Positions 1 to 15,223 of a stretch of DNA of 64,000 nt are shown piece after piece. The first letter of the stretch is position 1. Each line of letters opens with the position of its first letter. This DNA is from an uncultured bacterium. GTDB lineage: Bacteria; Hydrothermota; UBA3073; NMUJ01; CBEVQO01. Location of the stretch: positions 32,001 to 96,000 of the forward strand of contig CBEVQO010000001.1 in NCBI GenBank assembly GCA_965552055.1. Reading direction: 5' to 3'. The position numbers and the translations under genes were made by a program. The notes beneath the pieces were generated by a model. It saw only the letters and a program-made list of their open reading frames with translations. It was not told the origin of the DNA and did no database searches.

Positions 1-691
1 CGATACCTGGCTCACCTATTATTATAACAAATTGAGAATCGCCGGATTTTAATTTGTTAAGCGCATTTTTTAAACGAAGTAATTCTCTTTCTCTATTCAC
101 AAAAATTTTCTGTATTTCAATTTTTTCTGATAGCAACTCATAAATTTTTATGGGCTTCTCCCTTCCTTTTAAATATGTTGAACCAACTTCTTTAAAATTG
201 AAACTATCTTTCAGTGCTTTGAAAATCACTTCCGATAAGTAGATTGAATTTTTCGGAGCCATTTCGGTTAGTCTTGCAGCAATATTAACTGCGTCTCCTA
301 TCACAGTAAACTCTTTTTTGTAATTTGAACCTATTTCGCCACACAATACTTTGCCAGCGTTTATACCAATGTGTACACCAATTTCAACTCCCCTTTTATT
401 TGAAAAATCTTCAACCTCTTTTTTAATTTTCAGAGAAGAATTTAAAGCTCTTTTCATATCATCTGCCCGTGCAACAGGCAAACCAAATGTTACCATAACC
501 CTATCACCTTCATGCTTGTCTATCCTGCCTCCATAATCAACAACAATTCTATCTATAAGTGAAAAAATTTCCTCAAGTATTTCAGCAGCTTCCTCGGGTT
601 CTAATTTTTCAGCCAACTTTGTAAATCCAGAAATATCTGCAAATAGTATTGTTACTGTTCTTAGTTCTTTACTGGATTCTGACGATTCCAT
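1..691 (-). CDS. Class III adenylate cyclase fused to an AAA/P-loop ATPase; partial, runs off the window start
   Basis: Not in the ORF track; translated by hand from ATG 691: MESSESSKELRTVTILFADISGFT...DKHEGD...HIGINAG...FTVIGDAVNIAARL, then FVNREREL and IIGEPGI (start of Walker A) at the edge. Confidence 0.9.
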   Translation of the reverse strand, partial: MESSESSKELRTVTILFADISGFTKLAEKLEPEEAAEILEEIFSLIDRIVVDYGGRIDKHEGDRVMVTFGLPVARADDMKRALNSSLKIKKEVEDFSNKRGVEIGVHIGINAGKVLCGEIGSNYKKEFTVIGDAVNIAARLTEMAPKNSIYLSEVIFKALKDSFNFKEVGSTYLKGREKPIKIYELLSEKIEIQKIFVNRERELLRLKNALNKLKSGDSQFVIIIGEPGI

Positions 692-1517
692 CAATTTTCA
701 AAATACTTGTATCCGGGATTTGCCAATCTGGTTCATAGTAAAACTCGGTGTAGAATATGTCGATGGGTGCTTCACCTGATGCTTCTGCTTTAAATTCAAT
801 TACCACAATGCCTCCCGAACCTGTTATCCCAAGAGTATCACCGATTATTGCAATATTAAAGCCTATAAGTGTATCACCTCTGAAATAAAGGCTATCGAAT
901 GCCGGTAAAAGCTTAACAGTGTAAGGTGAATGTTGCTCAAGAAAAGATTGCCCTGCTGTGTCCGGATATATTCTTAAAGGAGTAATCCATTCTTTATGTT
1001 TTATCAGTACTTCTCCTGTTTTAAACCTTTTTACATTTTCGAGCCACACTTTTACTTTAAAGGTATCGCCTCTTACCGTCCTTACTTCAAGGGGATTTAT
1101 CATGCAAGCGCTTACCCCTTCTCTGATGGAATCAACATAAAATATATGGGTATAAATATCGCTTTCGTCTCCTGTTGGATATCTTGATTGTATGTAAAAA
1201 GTACAGGGACCTTCGGCGCATCTAAATGTATCTGCTTCTTTTTTGCACCAATCCGACCATACGCTACCTGTAATTTTATAGCGGAATTCATACTCAAATT
1301 CTTTAACATCAAGGTCATAAGGCGATGGGTCGCCTCTCCATTTAAAAATTGCAGTAAGACTATGGGTTGTGTCAGCCGGTGCTGAAATGATTTTCACACC
1401 AGGTGGCTCATAACATTCTGATGATGAATCAAGTGGATTACAATATTCCTTCGGCTCCTTTGGACAACACAAATAAATTAAACTCAAAATCGGAATTATT
1501 TTTAGTAGCTTCCTCAT
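669..1517 (-). CDS. Putative lipoprotein with C-terminal cohesin-like beta-sandwich
   Basis: Basic/hydrophobic N-terminus ending in Cys (IYLCC); C-terminal GDTFKVKVWLENV...GITGSGGIVVIEFKA pattern. Confidence 0.55.
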   Translation of the reverse strand: MRKLLKIIPILSLIYLCCPKEPKEYCNPLDSSSECYEPPGVKIISAPADTTHSLTAIFKWRGDPSPYDLDVKEFEYEFRYKITGSVWSDWCKKEADTFRCAEGPCTFYIQSRYPTGDESDIYTHIFYVDSIREGVSACMINPLEVRTVRGDTFKVKVWLENVKRFKTGEVLIKHKEWITPLRIYPDTAGQSFLEQHSPYTVKLLPAFDSLYFRGDTLIGFNIAIIGDTLGITGSGGIVVIEFKAEASGEAPIDIFYTEFYYEPDWQIPDTSILKIDGIVRIQ

Positions 1518-3109
1518 TTCTTTTTCTTACTTTTCACCTTCTTTTTCTTACCTTTCTCCTTTTTCTCCTTTTTAATTTTTTTTGGCATTTTTTTGGGTGC
1601 AGCGTGTTTTTTGCCGATCGTGGGCATAGTAATGATGGCATCCAGTACATTTAGTAAATGAACCCCTACCGCCACATAAAGTGAGTTCCTGTAGTTCCTT
1701 ACAGCTGCAACTGTAGCTGCATATTCGTTTCTGTATTTGCCTCCTATTATTTGCACCGAATCTTTCGGTGAAACTGTATTAAACCACTTTTCTTCAAGTC
1801 GTGTTAGCTTATCGTAATGCTTTTTATATTGCAAATAAAATATTCCAGCTGTCAAAAGGCATATTGCTTCCGCTGCCATAAAACCTATTCCCTCACCATA
1901 TCTTAAAGTATACATCTGTCCCCATCCAGGGAAAAGCAATGACAAAAAAGCAGCTTCTACAACCGAACGAGGCTTTAATTTTACTTCGAGGGACTTCATC
2001 TCATCCGGATTAAAAAGAATCCTTGTCTTATAAACTTTAAAGCCAGGATATTTTACAATAATCGTGCGCTCACCCGCTGGTATCTCCCTCATAGTTGTAA
2101 ATGGTACAGTATCAATGAAATCGCCGTCCACATATACTTTTGCTCCAGAAGGTCTGCCCTTTACCATTAAATAGGCTTTTAATGGAACAAGATTTGCCCT
2201 TACAGTGAATTTGCCGGGCTTATCAACATAAACAGAGGTAATATAATCGTGAAAACCATTCTTTATTAACCTTATCCTGTATTTGCCGAGTTTACGCAGA
2301 GGCAACGATAAATTTGTCATCCCAACATATTTTCCGTTTATTTCAACTTTAGCTCCCTTCGGCTTCGAAGTTATCAAAAGAGTAGCTGCACACTTCCTTA
2401 AGGGTGCGACTAAAGAAACCATTCTGTTTTTACTAACCTGCACTCGCCTGGACCATGTCAGATAACCTTCCTTCGATACTTCAACAAAATGCTCACCAAC
2501 AGGAATCTTGCCTTTAAAGATTCCACGCCTGTCTGTTTTGCCAATCTTCTCGCCATCAATTAATACATCGGCATTCGTAACATTTGACCTTACAAGAAGA
2601 ACAGTTTGCTCAGGTATTAGTTTTATGTATTTGAAAGAAGGCACTTCTATTGTCTGCACTATATCCTGATACCCATATTTTTTTATCTTTAAAGTATAGC
2701 TCCCGGGGGACAGGTCTGTTATAGCGCAGGGTGTCAGAGCTTTATATTCATCATTTATGTAAACTTCTGCCCCAAATGGTTCGGTAATTATGTAAAGGAA
2801 AGGACCTGCTTTCCTCAAAATTATATCCCCAATATCCGTCTCGATGCCAGGCATAACCTCTACAGAATAATTTTCCCTTATTGGTTCGTATCCCCTTTTG
2901 ATAACAACAAGAGTATAGTAAGCACCTGGCTCTACTTCAAACACAAACCTTCCCTTTGAATCAGTAGTTTGACTTATTTTACCGGGTCCAGGAGTGTGCA
3001 AAAAGAAAACCTGTGCACCTTCAACGGGTTTACCACTCTCATCAACAACCTTCCCCTTTATTTTACCCAGAAGCTGAACAATAAGTATGAGAAGCAAAAC
3101 TTTCATCAT
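1514..3109 (-). CDS. PEGA-repeat protein with N-terminal carboxypeptidase-regulatory-like domain and C-terminal membrane region
   Basis: GKIKGKVVDESGKPVEGAQV; four PEGA-like repeats (e.g. ITEPFGAEVYIND, TSKPKGAKVEING); LSLLFPGWGQMY; Lys-rich tail. Confidence 0.85.
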   Translation of the reverse strand: MMKVLLLILIVQLLGKIKGKVVDESGKPVEGAQVFFLHTPGPGKISQTTDSKGRFVFEVEPGAYYTLVVIKRGYEPIRENYSVEVMPGIETDIGDIILRKAGPFLYIITEPFGAEVYINDEYKALTPCAITDLSPGSYTLKIKKYGYQDIVQTIEVPSFKYIKLIPEQTVLLVRSNVTNADVLIDGEKIGKTDRRGIFKGKIPVGEHFVEVSKEGYLTWSRRVQVSKNRMVSLVAPLRKCAATLLITSKPKGAKVEINGKYVGMTNLSLPLRKLGKYRIRLIKNGFHDYITSVYVDKPGKFTVRANLVPLKAYLMVKGRPSGAKVYVDGDFIDTVPFTTMREIPAGERTIIVKYPGFKVYKTRILFNPDEMKSLEVKLKPRSVVEAAFLSLLFPGWGQMYTLRYGEGIGFMAAEAICLLTAGIFYLQYKKHYDKLTRLEEKWFNTVSPKDSVQIIGGKYRNEYAATVAAVRNYRNSLYVAVGVHLLNVLDAIITMPTIGKKHAAPKKMPKKIKKEKKEKGKKKKVKSKKKK

Positions 3110-3112
3110 TAA

Positions 3113-3139
3113 TTATTAACCATCCTGCTCCATTGTCAA
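3113..3139 (-). promoter_or_regulatory. Sigma70-type promoter, TTGACA-N15-TAATAA, apparently leaderless
   Basis: Read directly; -10 imperfect; ATGs 3 and 6 nt downstream. Confidence 0.5.
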
Positions 3140-3174
3140 GATAAAAATCGGCAAAAATTTATAAAAATTAACCC

Positions 3175-3201
3175 TTTACAATGTTATATTTTTCCTATAA
3201 T
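3175..3201 (+). promoter_or_regulatory. Promoter TTTACA-N15-TATAAT, leaderless
   Basis: TATAAT-ttaag-ATG(3207), no SD. Confidence 0.7.
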
Positions 3202-3206
3202 TTAAG

Positions 3207-4124
3207 ATGCGTTGCATTGTAACAGGAGGCGCTGGATTCATAGGATCACATTTAGTGGACGCTTTAATAGAGAGAGGTTATAAAGTTTTAATAATTGATG
3301 ATTTATCTACAGGTAAAGAAGAAAACATTAACAAAAAAGCGGAATTTGAAAAAATAAAAATCGAAGATGAAAAAATATTTGATATTTTAAAAAAATTCAA
3401 ACCAGATGCTGTGTTTCATTTCGCAGCTCAAATCGATGTAAGAAAATCTGTAAAAGACCCTCTTTTTGACACAAAAGTAAATGTGCTCGGTACTGTGAAT
3501 TTATTAAAAGCATCAGCTGATTGTAAAGTCAAATCTTTTATTTTTGCTTCTTCAGGTGGAGTTATTTATGGTGATGTTTTTGAACCTGCAAAAGAGAATC
3601 ATCCTGTAAATCCTCAATGTCCCTATGGTATCGCTAAATTATCGGGAGAATATTATGTGAAATTTTTTGGTAAAGAATATAGTTTCAAATGGGGTATTTT
3701 AAGATTTGCCAATGTTTATGGTCCCCGTCAGGACCCGAAGGGTGAAGCAGGAGTTTGTGCCATTTTCATCGGCAATATGATGAAAAAAAGACCTTGCAAA
3801 CTTTATGGATATGGTAAACTCGTTAGAGATTACATTTATGTCGAAGACGCTGTATCTTTAACTTTACAGGTTTTTGACAAAGGCGTATGCGATATTTTCA
3901 ATGCCGGAACAGGCAAAGGTACAAGTGTGATTGAACTTTTTAACATTTTAAAAGAATTTTTTGATTATAATATAGAGCCGATTCTTGAGGAAAAGCGTCC
4001 CGGCGAGCTGGAAAGTAATATTTTAAGTTATGAGAAAGCAAAAATATTACTTAATTGGAAACCTAAATATAGTTTAAAGGAAGGTCTCAAGAAAACTATT
4101 GAATGGTTTAAAAGAAGGTGCTAA
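3207..4124 (+). CDS. NAD-dependent epimerase/dehydratase (UDP-glucose 4-epimerase-like)
   Basis: TGGAGFIG, YGIAK (YxxxK), NVYGPRQDPKGEAGV. Confidence 0.92.
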   Translation: MRCIVTGGAGFIGSHLVDALIERGYKVLIIDDLSTGKEENINKKAEFEKIKIEDEKIFDILKKFKPDAVFHFAAQIDVRKSVKDPLFDTKVNVLGTVNLLKASADCKVKSFIFASSGGVIYGDVFEPAKENHPVNPQCPYGIAKLSGEYYVKFFGKEYSFKWGILRFANVYGPRQDPKGEAGVCAIFIGNMMKKRPCKLYGYGKLVRDYIYVEDAVSLTLQVFDKGVCDIFNAGTGKGTSVIELFNILKEFFDYNIEPILEEKRPGELESNILSYEKAKILLNWKPKYSLKEGLKKTIEWFKRRC

Positions 4125-4161
4125 AAAGTTATGTAATATTGATGATTTAGAAACGGGTCAT

Positions 4162-4204
4162 GGAGGGCGAAGCCCTCCGAAAAATCTGTGGGTGGGCGGG
4201 TGGG
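4162..4204 (+). repeat. GC hairpin plus G3 tract (REP-like element or terminator, with G-quadruplex motif)
   Basis: GGAGGGC-GAA-GCCCTCC at 4162-4178; GGGTGGGCGGGTGGG at 4190-4204. Confidence 0.55.
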
Positions 4205-4216
4205 ATAAAAATAAAG

Positions 4217-4243
4217 TTGACATTTTTGAAAAATGAGTATATT
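4217..4243 (+). promoter_or_regulatory. rnpB promoter TTGACA-N15-TATATT
   Basis: Ends 4 nt before the P1 5' strand of RNase P RNA. Confidence 0.75.
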
Positions 4244-4247
4244 AATT

Positions 4248-4521
4248 GAGTCGGGCAGGTGCGCTCGCCCGAAAGGGAGGAAAGTCCGGGCACCATGGTG
4301 GGCACCCGGGGTTAACCCGGGGGATGTGGCGCAATACACGCCACATCACGGAGAGTGCCACAGAGAGCAGTCAGCCCTTCGGGGCGATGGTGAAAGGGTG
4401 GGGTAAGAGCCCACCGGCCGGGCTGGAGACAGCCCGGTGCTCGGCAAACCCTGCCCGGTGCAAGGCGTTAGCCGCTTAGACGAATGAGCGCTAAACAGAA
4501 CCCGGCTTACCTGCCCGGCTC
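4248..4521 (+). ncRNA. rnpB: RNase P RNA (compact, type A-derived, 274 nt)
   Basis: GAGGAAAGTCCGGG and ACAGAACCCGGCTTA P4 motifs; P1 GAGTCGGGCAGG/CCTGCCCGGCTC; P2 GCGCTC/GAGCGC; AGTGCCACAGA and GGTGAAAGG/GGTAAGAG segments. Confidence 0.97.
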
Positions 4522-4531
4522 GTTTATTACT

Positions 4532-5020
4532 ATGAAAACCTTTATCTGTATCGGAACAAACATGGGAAATAAATTGGAAAACCTTAAAAAAGCTTTAAAA
4601 TTTCTACCAAATGTTAAAAGAATATCTCACATTTACGAATCAGAACCCCTTGGTCCTAAAAATCAACCTTATTTCCTGAATTGTGTTGCAGAAATTGACA
4701 CAAAGTTATCTCCAAGAGATTTACTCAGAATGTTAAAGTCAATCGAAAAAATCATGGGAAGGAAAGAAAAAAAGAGATGGGGACCCAGAATAATTGACCT
4801 TGATATCCTATTCTATGGAGATTTGATAATAAAAGAAAAAGATTTAATCATCCCTCATCCGGGAATTTCTGAACGCAAATTTTTCGTTTATCCTCTTTGC
4901 GACTTAATACCCGATTTTATACATCCTGAACTTAAAATAAAAATTTATGATTTAAAAAGGAGGCTTGATGCAAGTGGTTTTGAGTGTAAAAGATATGCAA
5001 GACCTTGCCTCCTCGTATAA
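4532..5020 (+). CDS. folK: 2-amino-4-hydroxy-6-hydroxymethyldihydropteridine diphosphokinase
   Basis: IGTNMG, QPYFLN, RWGPRIIDLDIL, PHP; start moved to ATG 4532 because ORF-track start 4484 lies inside rnpB. Confidence 0.95.
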   Translation: MKTFICIGTNMGNKLENLKKALKFLPNVKRISHIYESEPLGPKNQPYFLNCVAEIDTKLSPRDLLRMLKSIEKIMGRKEKKRWGPRIIDLDILFYGDLIIKEKDLIIPHPGISERKFFVYPLCDLIPDFIHPELKIKIYDLKRRLDASGFECKRYARPCLLV

Positions 5021-5831
5021 AAGAAGGGGGCAGAAAATCGGCTTTGTACCAACTATGGGATATTTACACGAAGGTCATCTATCACTTATAAGAATTGCAA
5101 AAAAAATGTCAGATGTCTGTGTCGTAAGTATTTTTGTAAATCCTTTGCAATTTGGTCCCAATGAAGATTTCAATGAATATCCAAGAGATTTAATGAGAGA
5201 TAAAGAATTACTCGAAAAGGAAGGTGTTGATATTTTATTTTTACCTGACGAAAGAGAAATGTATCCCATTGATTTTTGCACTTTTGTTGAAGTTGAAGGT
5301 TTGAGTGATGTCTTATGTGGCAAATACAGGCCTGGGCATTTTCGTGGTGTAACAACGGTTGTAGCAAAACTTTTCAACATAGTGAAACCTGACATTGCGG
5401 TATTTGGTGAAAAGGACGCTCAACAGGCAATAATAATAAAAAGAATGGTCAGGGATTTAAATTTTGATGTAAAAATAGTAACAGCACCTACTGTGAGAGA
5501 AGAAGATGGACTTGCCATGAGCTCAAGAAATACTTATTTAACACCCGAACAAAGAAAAGAAGCACCTGTGCTTTATAAATCACTTTTGCTGGCAAGAAAA
5601 TTAATCGAACAGGGAGAAAGAGACCCAGAAAAAATAAAAAAAGAAATGGAAAAAATGATAAAAGAGAATGCAAATTGTGAGATTCAATATATCGAGATTG
5701 TAAGAAAAGAAGATTTAAAACCTTTAGACAGAATCGAAGGCGAAGTTTTAATAGCGCTTGCTGCTAAATTCGGGAGGGCAAGATTAATAGACAACATAAC
5801 AGTAAAGGTAAATCAAGAAAAAGGAAGATAA
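4968..5831 (+). CDS. panC: Pantoate--beta-alanine ligase
   Basis: VPTMGYLHEGHLSL, FGEKDAQQ, GLAMSSRN, ARLIDN; GGAGG SD before ATG 4968. Confidence 0.97.
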   Translation: MQVVLSVKDMQDLASSYKRRGQKIGFVPTMGYLHEGHLSLIRIAKKMSDVCVVSIFVNPLQFGPNEDFNEYPRDLMRDKELLEKEGVDILFLPDEREMYPIDFCTFVEVEGLSDVLCGKYRPGHFRGVTTVVAKLFNIVKPDIAVFGEKDAQQAIIIKRMVRDLNFDVKIVTAPTVREEDGLAMSSRNTYLTPEQRKEAPVLYKSLLLARKLIEQGERDPEKIKKEMEKMIKENANCEIQYIEIVRKEDLKPLDRIEGEVLIALAAKFGRARLIDNITVKVNQEKGR

Positions 5832-6505
5832 TAGAAGATTTAATCTTCGTAATCGTAGTCGTTTTCTTTGTTCGTTCATTTATACTTGAATCTTATAGAA
5901 TACCTTCGGGCTCAATGGAAGATACGCTTTTAATTGGAGATTTTCTTTTTGCAACGAAATTTGACTATGGAATAAAAATACCTTTTACAAATATTTTTAT
6001 TGTGAGATGGCGTACACCCAGGAGAGGTGAGATTGTAATTTTTAAGTCACCTGTAGAATGGCGGACACTCGTGAAAAGGTGTGTGGCATTGCCGGGGGAT
6101 GTAGTTGAAATAAGAAACAAAGTTTTATATGTCAATGGAAAAGAAGTCAAAGAAGATTATGTAAAATACACAGATTCTAAGATTTTCCCTGGTATAAATA
6201 TGCCACATTTTACTTATCAAAGAGAATGGGAGGAACGTCGTTTTATTTATTATACTTCTCCTTTATCGAATCCGAGAGACAATTTTGGACCTGTTAGGGT
6301 GCCTCCCGATTGCATTTTTGTTTTAGGAGATAATCGTGATAATTCGTTTGATTCGAGATTCTGGGGACCTCTTCCCATTTCTCACCTGCTTGGCAGACCT
6401 CTTATCATCTGGTGGTCATGGGATGGCACAATTCCCTTATGGCATATAATTGACAAAATAAAGTCAATAAGATGGCGTAGAATTTTTAAAATAGTGAGGC
6501 AGTAA
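5783..6505 (+). CDS. lepB: Signal peptidase I (probable ATT start)
   Basis: In-frame extension upstream of ATG 5915 encodes the TM segment and YRIPSGSM; LVKRCVA, GDNRDNSFDSRFWG. The start coordinate is inferred. Confidence 0.9.
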   Translation: MNRQHNSKGKSRKRKIIEDLIFVIVVVFFVRSFILESYRIPSGSMEDTLLIGDFLFATKFDYGIKIPFTNIFIVRWRTPRRGEIVIFKSPVEWRTLVKRCVALPGDVVEIRNKVLYVNGKEVKEDYVKYTDSKIFPGINMPHFTYQREWEERRFIYYTSPLSNPRDNFGPVRVPPDCIFVLGDNRDNSFDSRFWGPLPISHLLGRPLIIWWSWDGTIPLWHIIDKIKSIRWRRIFKIVRQ

Positions 6506-6723
6506 TGTGCCTCGGGATACCTGTTAAAATAGTCGAAATAAAAGGCGATATTGCAATTGTAGAGTCTGAAGGCGTCAGAAGAGAAGCCGTTATTACTTTC
6601 ATTGATAACCCTAAAGTTGGCGATTATGTCATTTTACATGCAGGTTTTGCCATACAGAAAATCGATGAAAAAGAAGCAAAAGAAACATTAAAACTTTTAA
6701 AAGAACTGGAAAAATGGAAGTAA
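6505..6723 (+). CDS. hypC: Hydrogenase maturation chaperone HypC/HybG/HupF
   Basis: MCLGIP N-terminus; VGDYVILHAGFAI. Confidence 0.95.
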   Translation: MCLGIPVKIVEIKGDIAIVESEGVRREAVITFIDNPKVGDYVILHAGFAIQKIDEKEAKETLKLLKELEKWK

Positions 6724-8111
6724 AAGTAACCATTGGTCTTGAAATACATGCCCAGCTTCTTACACATTCGAAGCTTTTTTGTTCGTGTCCTGTAACCTAT
6801 GATGCACCGCCCAATACTGCTGTTTGCCCTGTTTGCCTCGGCATGCCCGGCACTTTACCTGTGTTAAACCAGCGTGCAGTTGAATTCGCAGTAAAAGCAG
6901 CACTCGCTTTGAATTGTAAAGTAGAAAAAATATCAATTTTCGCAAGAAAAAATTATTTTTATCCAGACCTACCAAAGGGCTATCAAATAACCCAGTATGA
7001 TAAGCCACTTGCACATTCTGGATACCTTGAAGTAAATGGCAAAAAAATAAGAATAAGGAGATTACATTTAGAAGAAGAATCGGGAAAATTAATTCACACA
7101 GGAAATGAAGTGTTGATTGATTTTAACAGATGTGGAATACCTTTGATTGAAATTGTTACAGAACCCGATATTTCTTCACCCGAAGAAGCTGTTTTATTCA
7201 TGGAAAAGCTTCGTCGTATTTTGCGCTACATAGGGGTATGTGGCGGAGATATGGAAAAAGGACAAATAAGATGCGAACCTAATTTATCTATTGAAGTGAA
7301 CGGTAAAGTATCGCCCCGCAGAGAAATTAAAAACTTAAATTCTTTAAGAGCAGTTGAACGCGCTTTAAAATATGAAATCGAAAACTTAAAAAACGCAATT
7401 TTAAAAGGAATAGAACTTCATCAGGCAACACTTGGCTGGGATGAGAGATTATCGAAAACATTTGAAATGAGAGAAAAAGAAACATCAGCAGATTATAGAT
7501 ATTTCCCGGAACCAGACCTGCCACCACTTGTAATATCAGAGAAATTAATCGAAAAAATAAAAAAAGAAATACCAGAATTACCCGATGTAAGAAAGGAAAG
7601 GATGATTAAAGAATATCAAATAGATGTGAAGACAGCAGAAATACTTGTGGAAGAAAAAGAAATTGCAGATTATTTTGAAGAAACGGCAAAAAATTTTAAA
7701 GATTTCAGAATGTTAAGCAACTTCATTATAACCGAAGTTTTGCGAATCTTAAATGAGAAAAAGATAAAAATATGTGATTTAAAAACAAAACCCTCTGATT
7801 TAGCAAAACTGTTGAAGAATGTAAAAGATGGCAAAATAAATTTGTTATCCGCAAAGAGAATCTTTATGGATATCGAAGAGAAAGGCATAGCTTTAGAAGA
7901 TATTTTGAAAGAGAAAGAAAAAATCACAGATGAAGCAGAAATCGAAAAAATATTAAAAGAAATAATAGAAAACAGTCCAGAGCAGGTTAAAAAATATAAA
8001 TCAGGTAAAAAAGGAGTGATTGGCTATTTTATTGGTGAACTTATGCGAAAAACAAAAGGCAGAGCCGACCCCAAAATCGCAAATAAAATTCTAATAAAAC
8101 TGTTAGAGTAA
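6714..8111 (+). CDS. gatB: Asp/Glu-tRNA amidotransferase subunit B
   Basis: IGLEIHAQL, RKNYFYPDLPKGYQITQ, DYRYFPEPDLPP. Confidence 0.97.
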   Translation: MEVKVTIGLEIHAQLLTHSKLFCSCPVTYDAPPNTAVCPVCLGMPGTLPVLNQRAVEFAVKAALALNCKVEKISIFARKNYFYPDLPKGYQITQYDKPLAHSGYLEVNGKKIRIRRLHLEEESGKLIHTGNEVLIDFNRCGIPLIEIVTEPDISSPEEAVLFMEKLRRILRYIGVCGGDMEKGQIRCEPNLSIEVNGKVSPRREIKNLNSLRAVERALKYEIENLKNAILKGIELHQATLGWDERLSKTFEMREKETSADYRYFPEPDLPPLVISEKLIEKIKKEIPELPDVRKERMIKEYQIDVKTAEILVEEKEIADYFEETAKNFKDFRMLSNFIITEVLRILNEKKIKICDLKTKPSDLAKLLKNVKDGKINLLSAKRIFMDIEEKGIALEDILKEKEKITDEAEIEKILKEIIENSPEQVKKYKSGKKGVIGYFIGELMRKTKGRADPKIANKILIKLLE

Positions 8112-8113
8112 AT

Positions 8114-14702
<6,589 letters not shown>

Positions 14703-15108
14703 CTCGCTCAGTTTTACCTATTTCGCCTTCTTCAAAAGAAACTTCAAGAACCTTTGAAAAAACAATTTGCGCTATCCTCATTCCTTTTTCAATTTTAAAT
14801 TTCTCTTTCCCAAAATTAAAAAGGATAACTTTTATTTCTCCCCTGTAATCTGGGTCTATTGTGCCCGGAGAATTCAATAGCCCTATCCCATATTTTGCAG
14901 CAAGACCACTCCTTGGTCGGACTTGTGCTTCAACATCGTTTGGAAGTTCTATCGCAATACCACATGAAACAACTGCATATTCACCTGGATTTAAAATCTT
15001 CTCTTCGACAGAAAAAAGGTCATAGCCGGCGGAATAAGGGGTTGCTCTTACAGGAATTTTTGCATCGGGGCAAAGTTTCTTAATCCGTATTTTTATCATT
15101 CATAATAG

Positions 15109-15180
15109 CGGCCCCAGCGGGAGTCGAACCCGCGCTTTTGGCTTGAAAAGCCAATGTCCTAACCGCTAGACGATGGGGCC
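15109..15180 (-). tRNA. tRNA-Glu(TTC), CCA not encoded
   Basis: Acceptor GGCCCCA/TGGGGCC; anticodon arm TTGGC-TTTTCAA-GCCAA; GGTTCGACTCC T arm; discriminator G followed by CTA. Confidence 0.95.
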
Positions 15181-15187
15181 TCCACTT

Positions 15188-15214
15188 ATATTATCCAAAA
15201 TGCCAGTTTGTCAA
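15188..15214 (-). promoter_or_regulatory. tRNA-Glu/dut promoter TTGACA-N15-TAATAT
   Basis: Read directly; ends 7 nt before the mature tRNA 5' end. Confidence 0.7.
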
Positions 15215-15223
15215 GCTCAAATT

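Noticed and set aside
4121..4531. ORFs 4246-4479 (+), 4121-4339 (-) and the 4484 start of folK
   Set aside because: They overlap the RNase P RNA gene and its promoter; spurious translations
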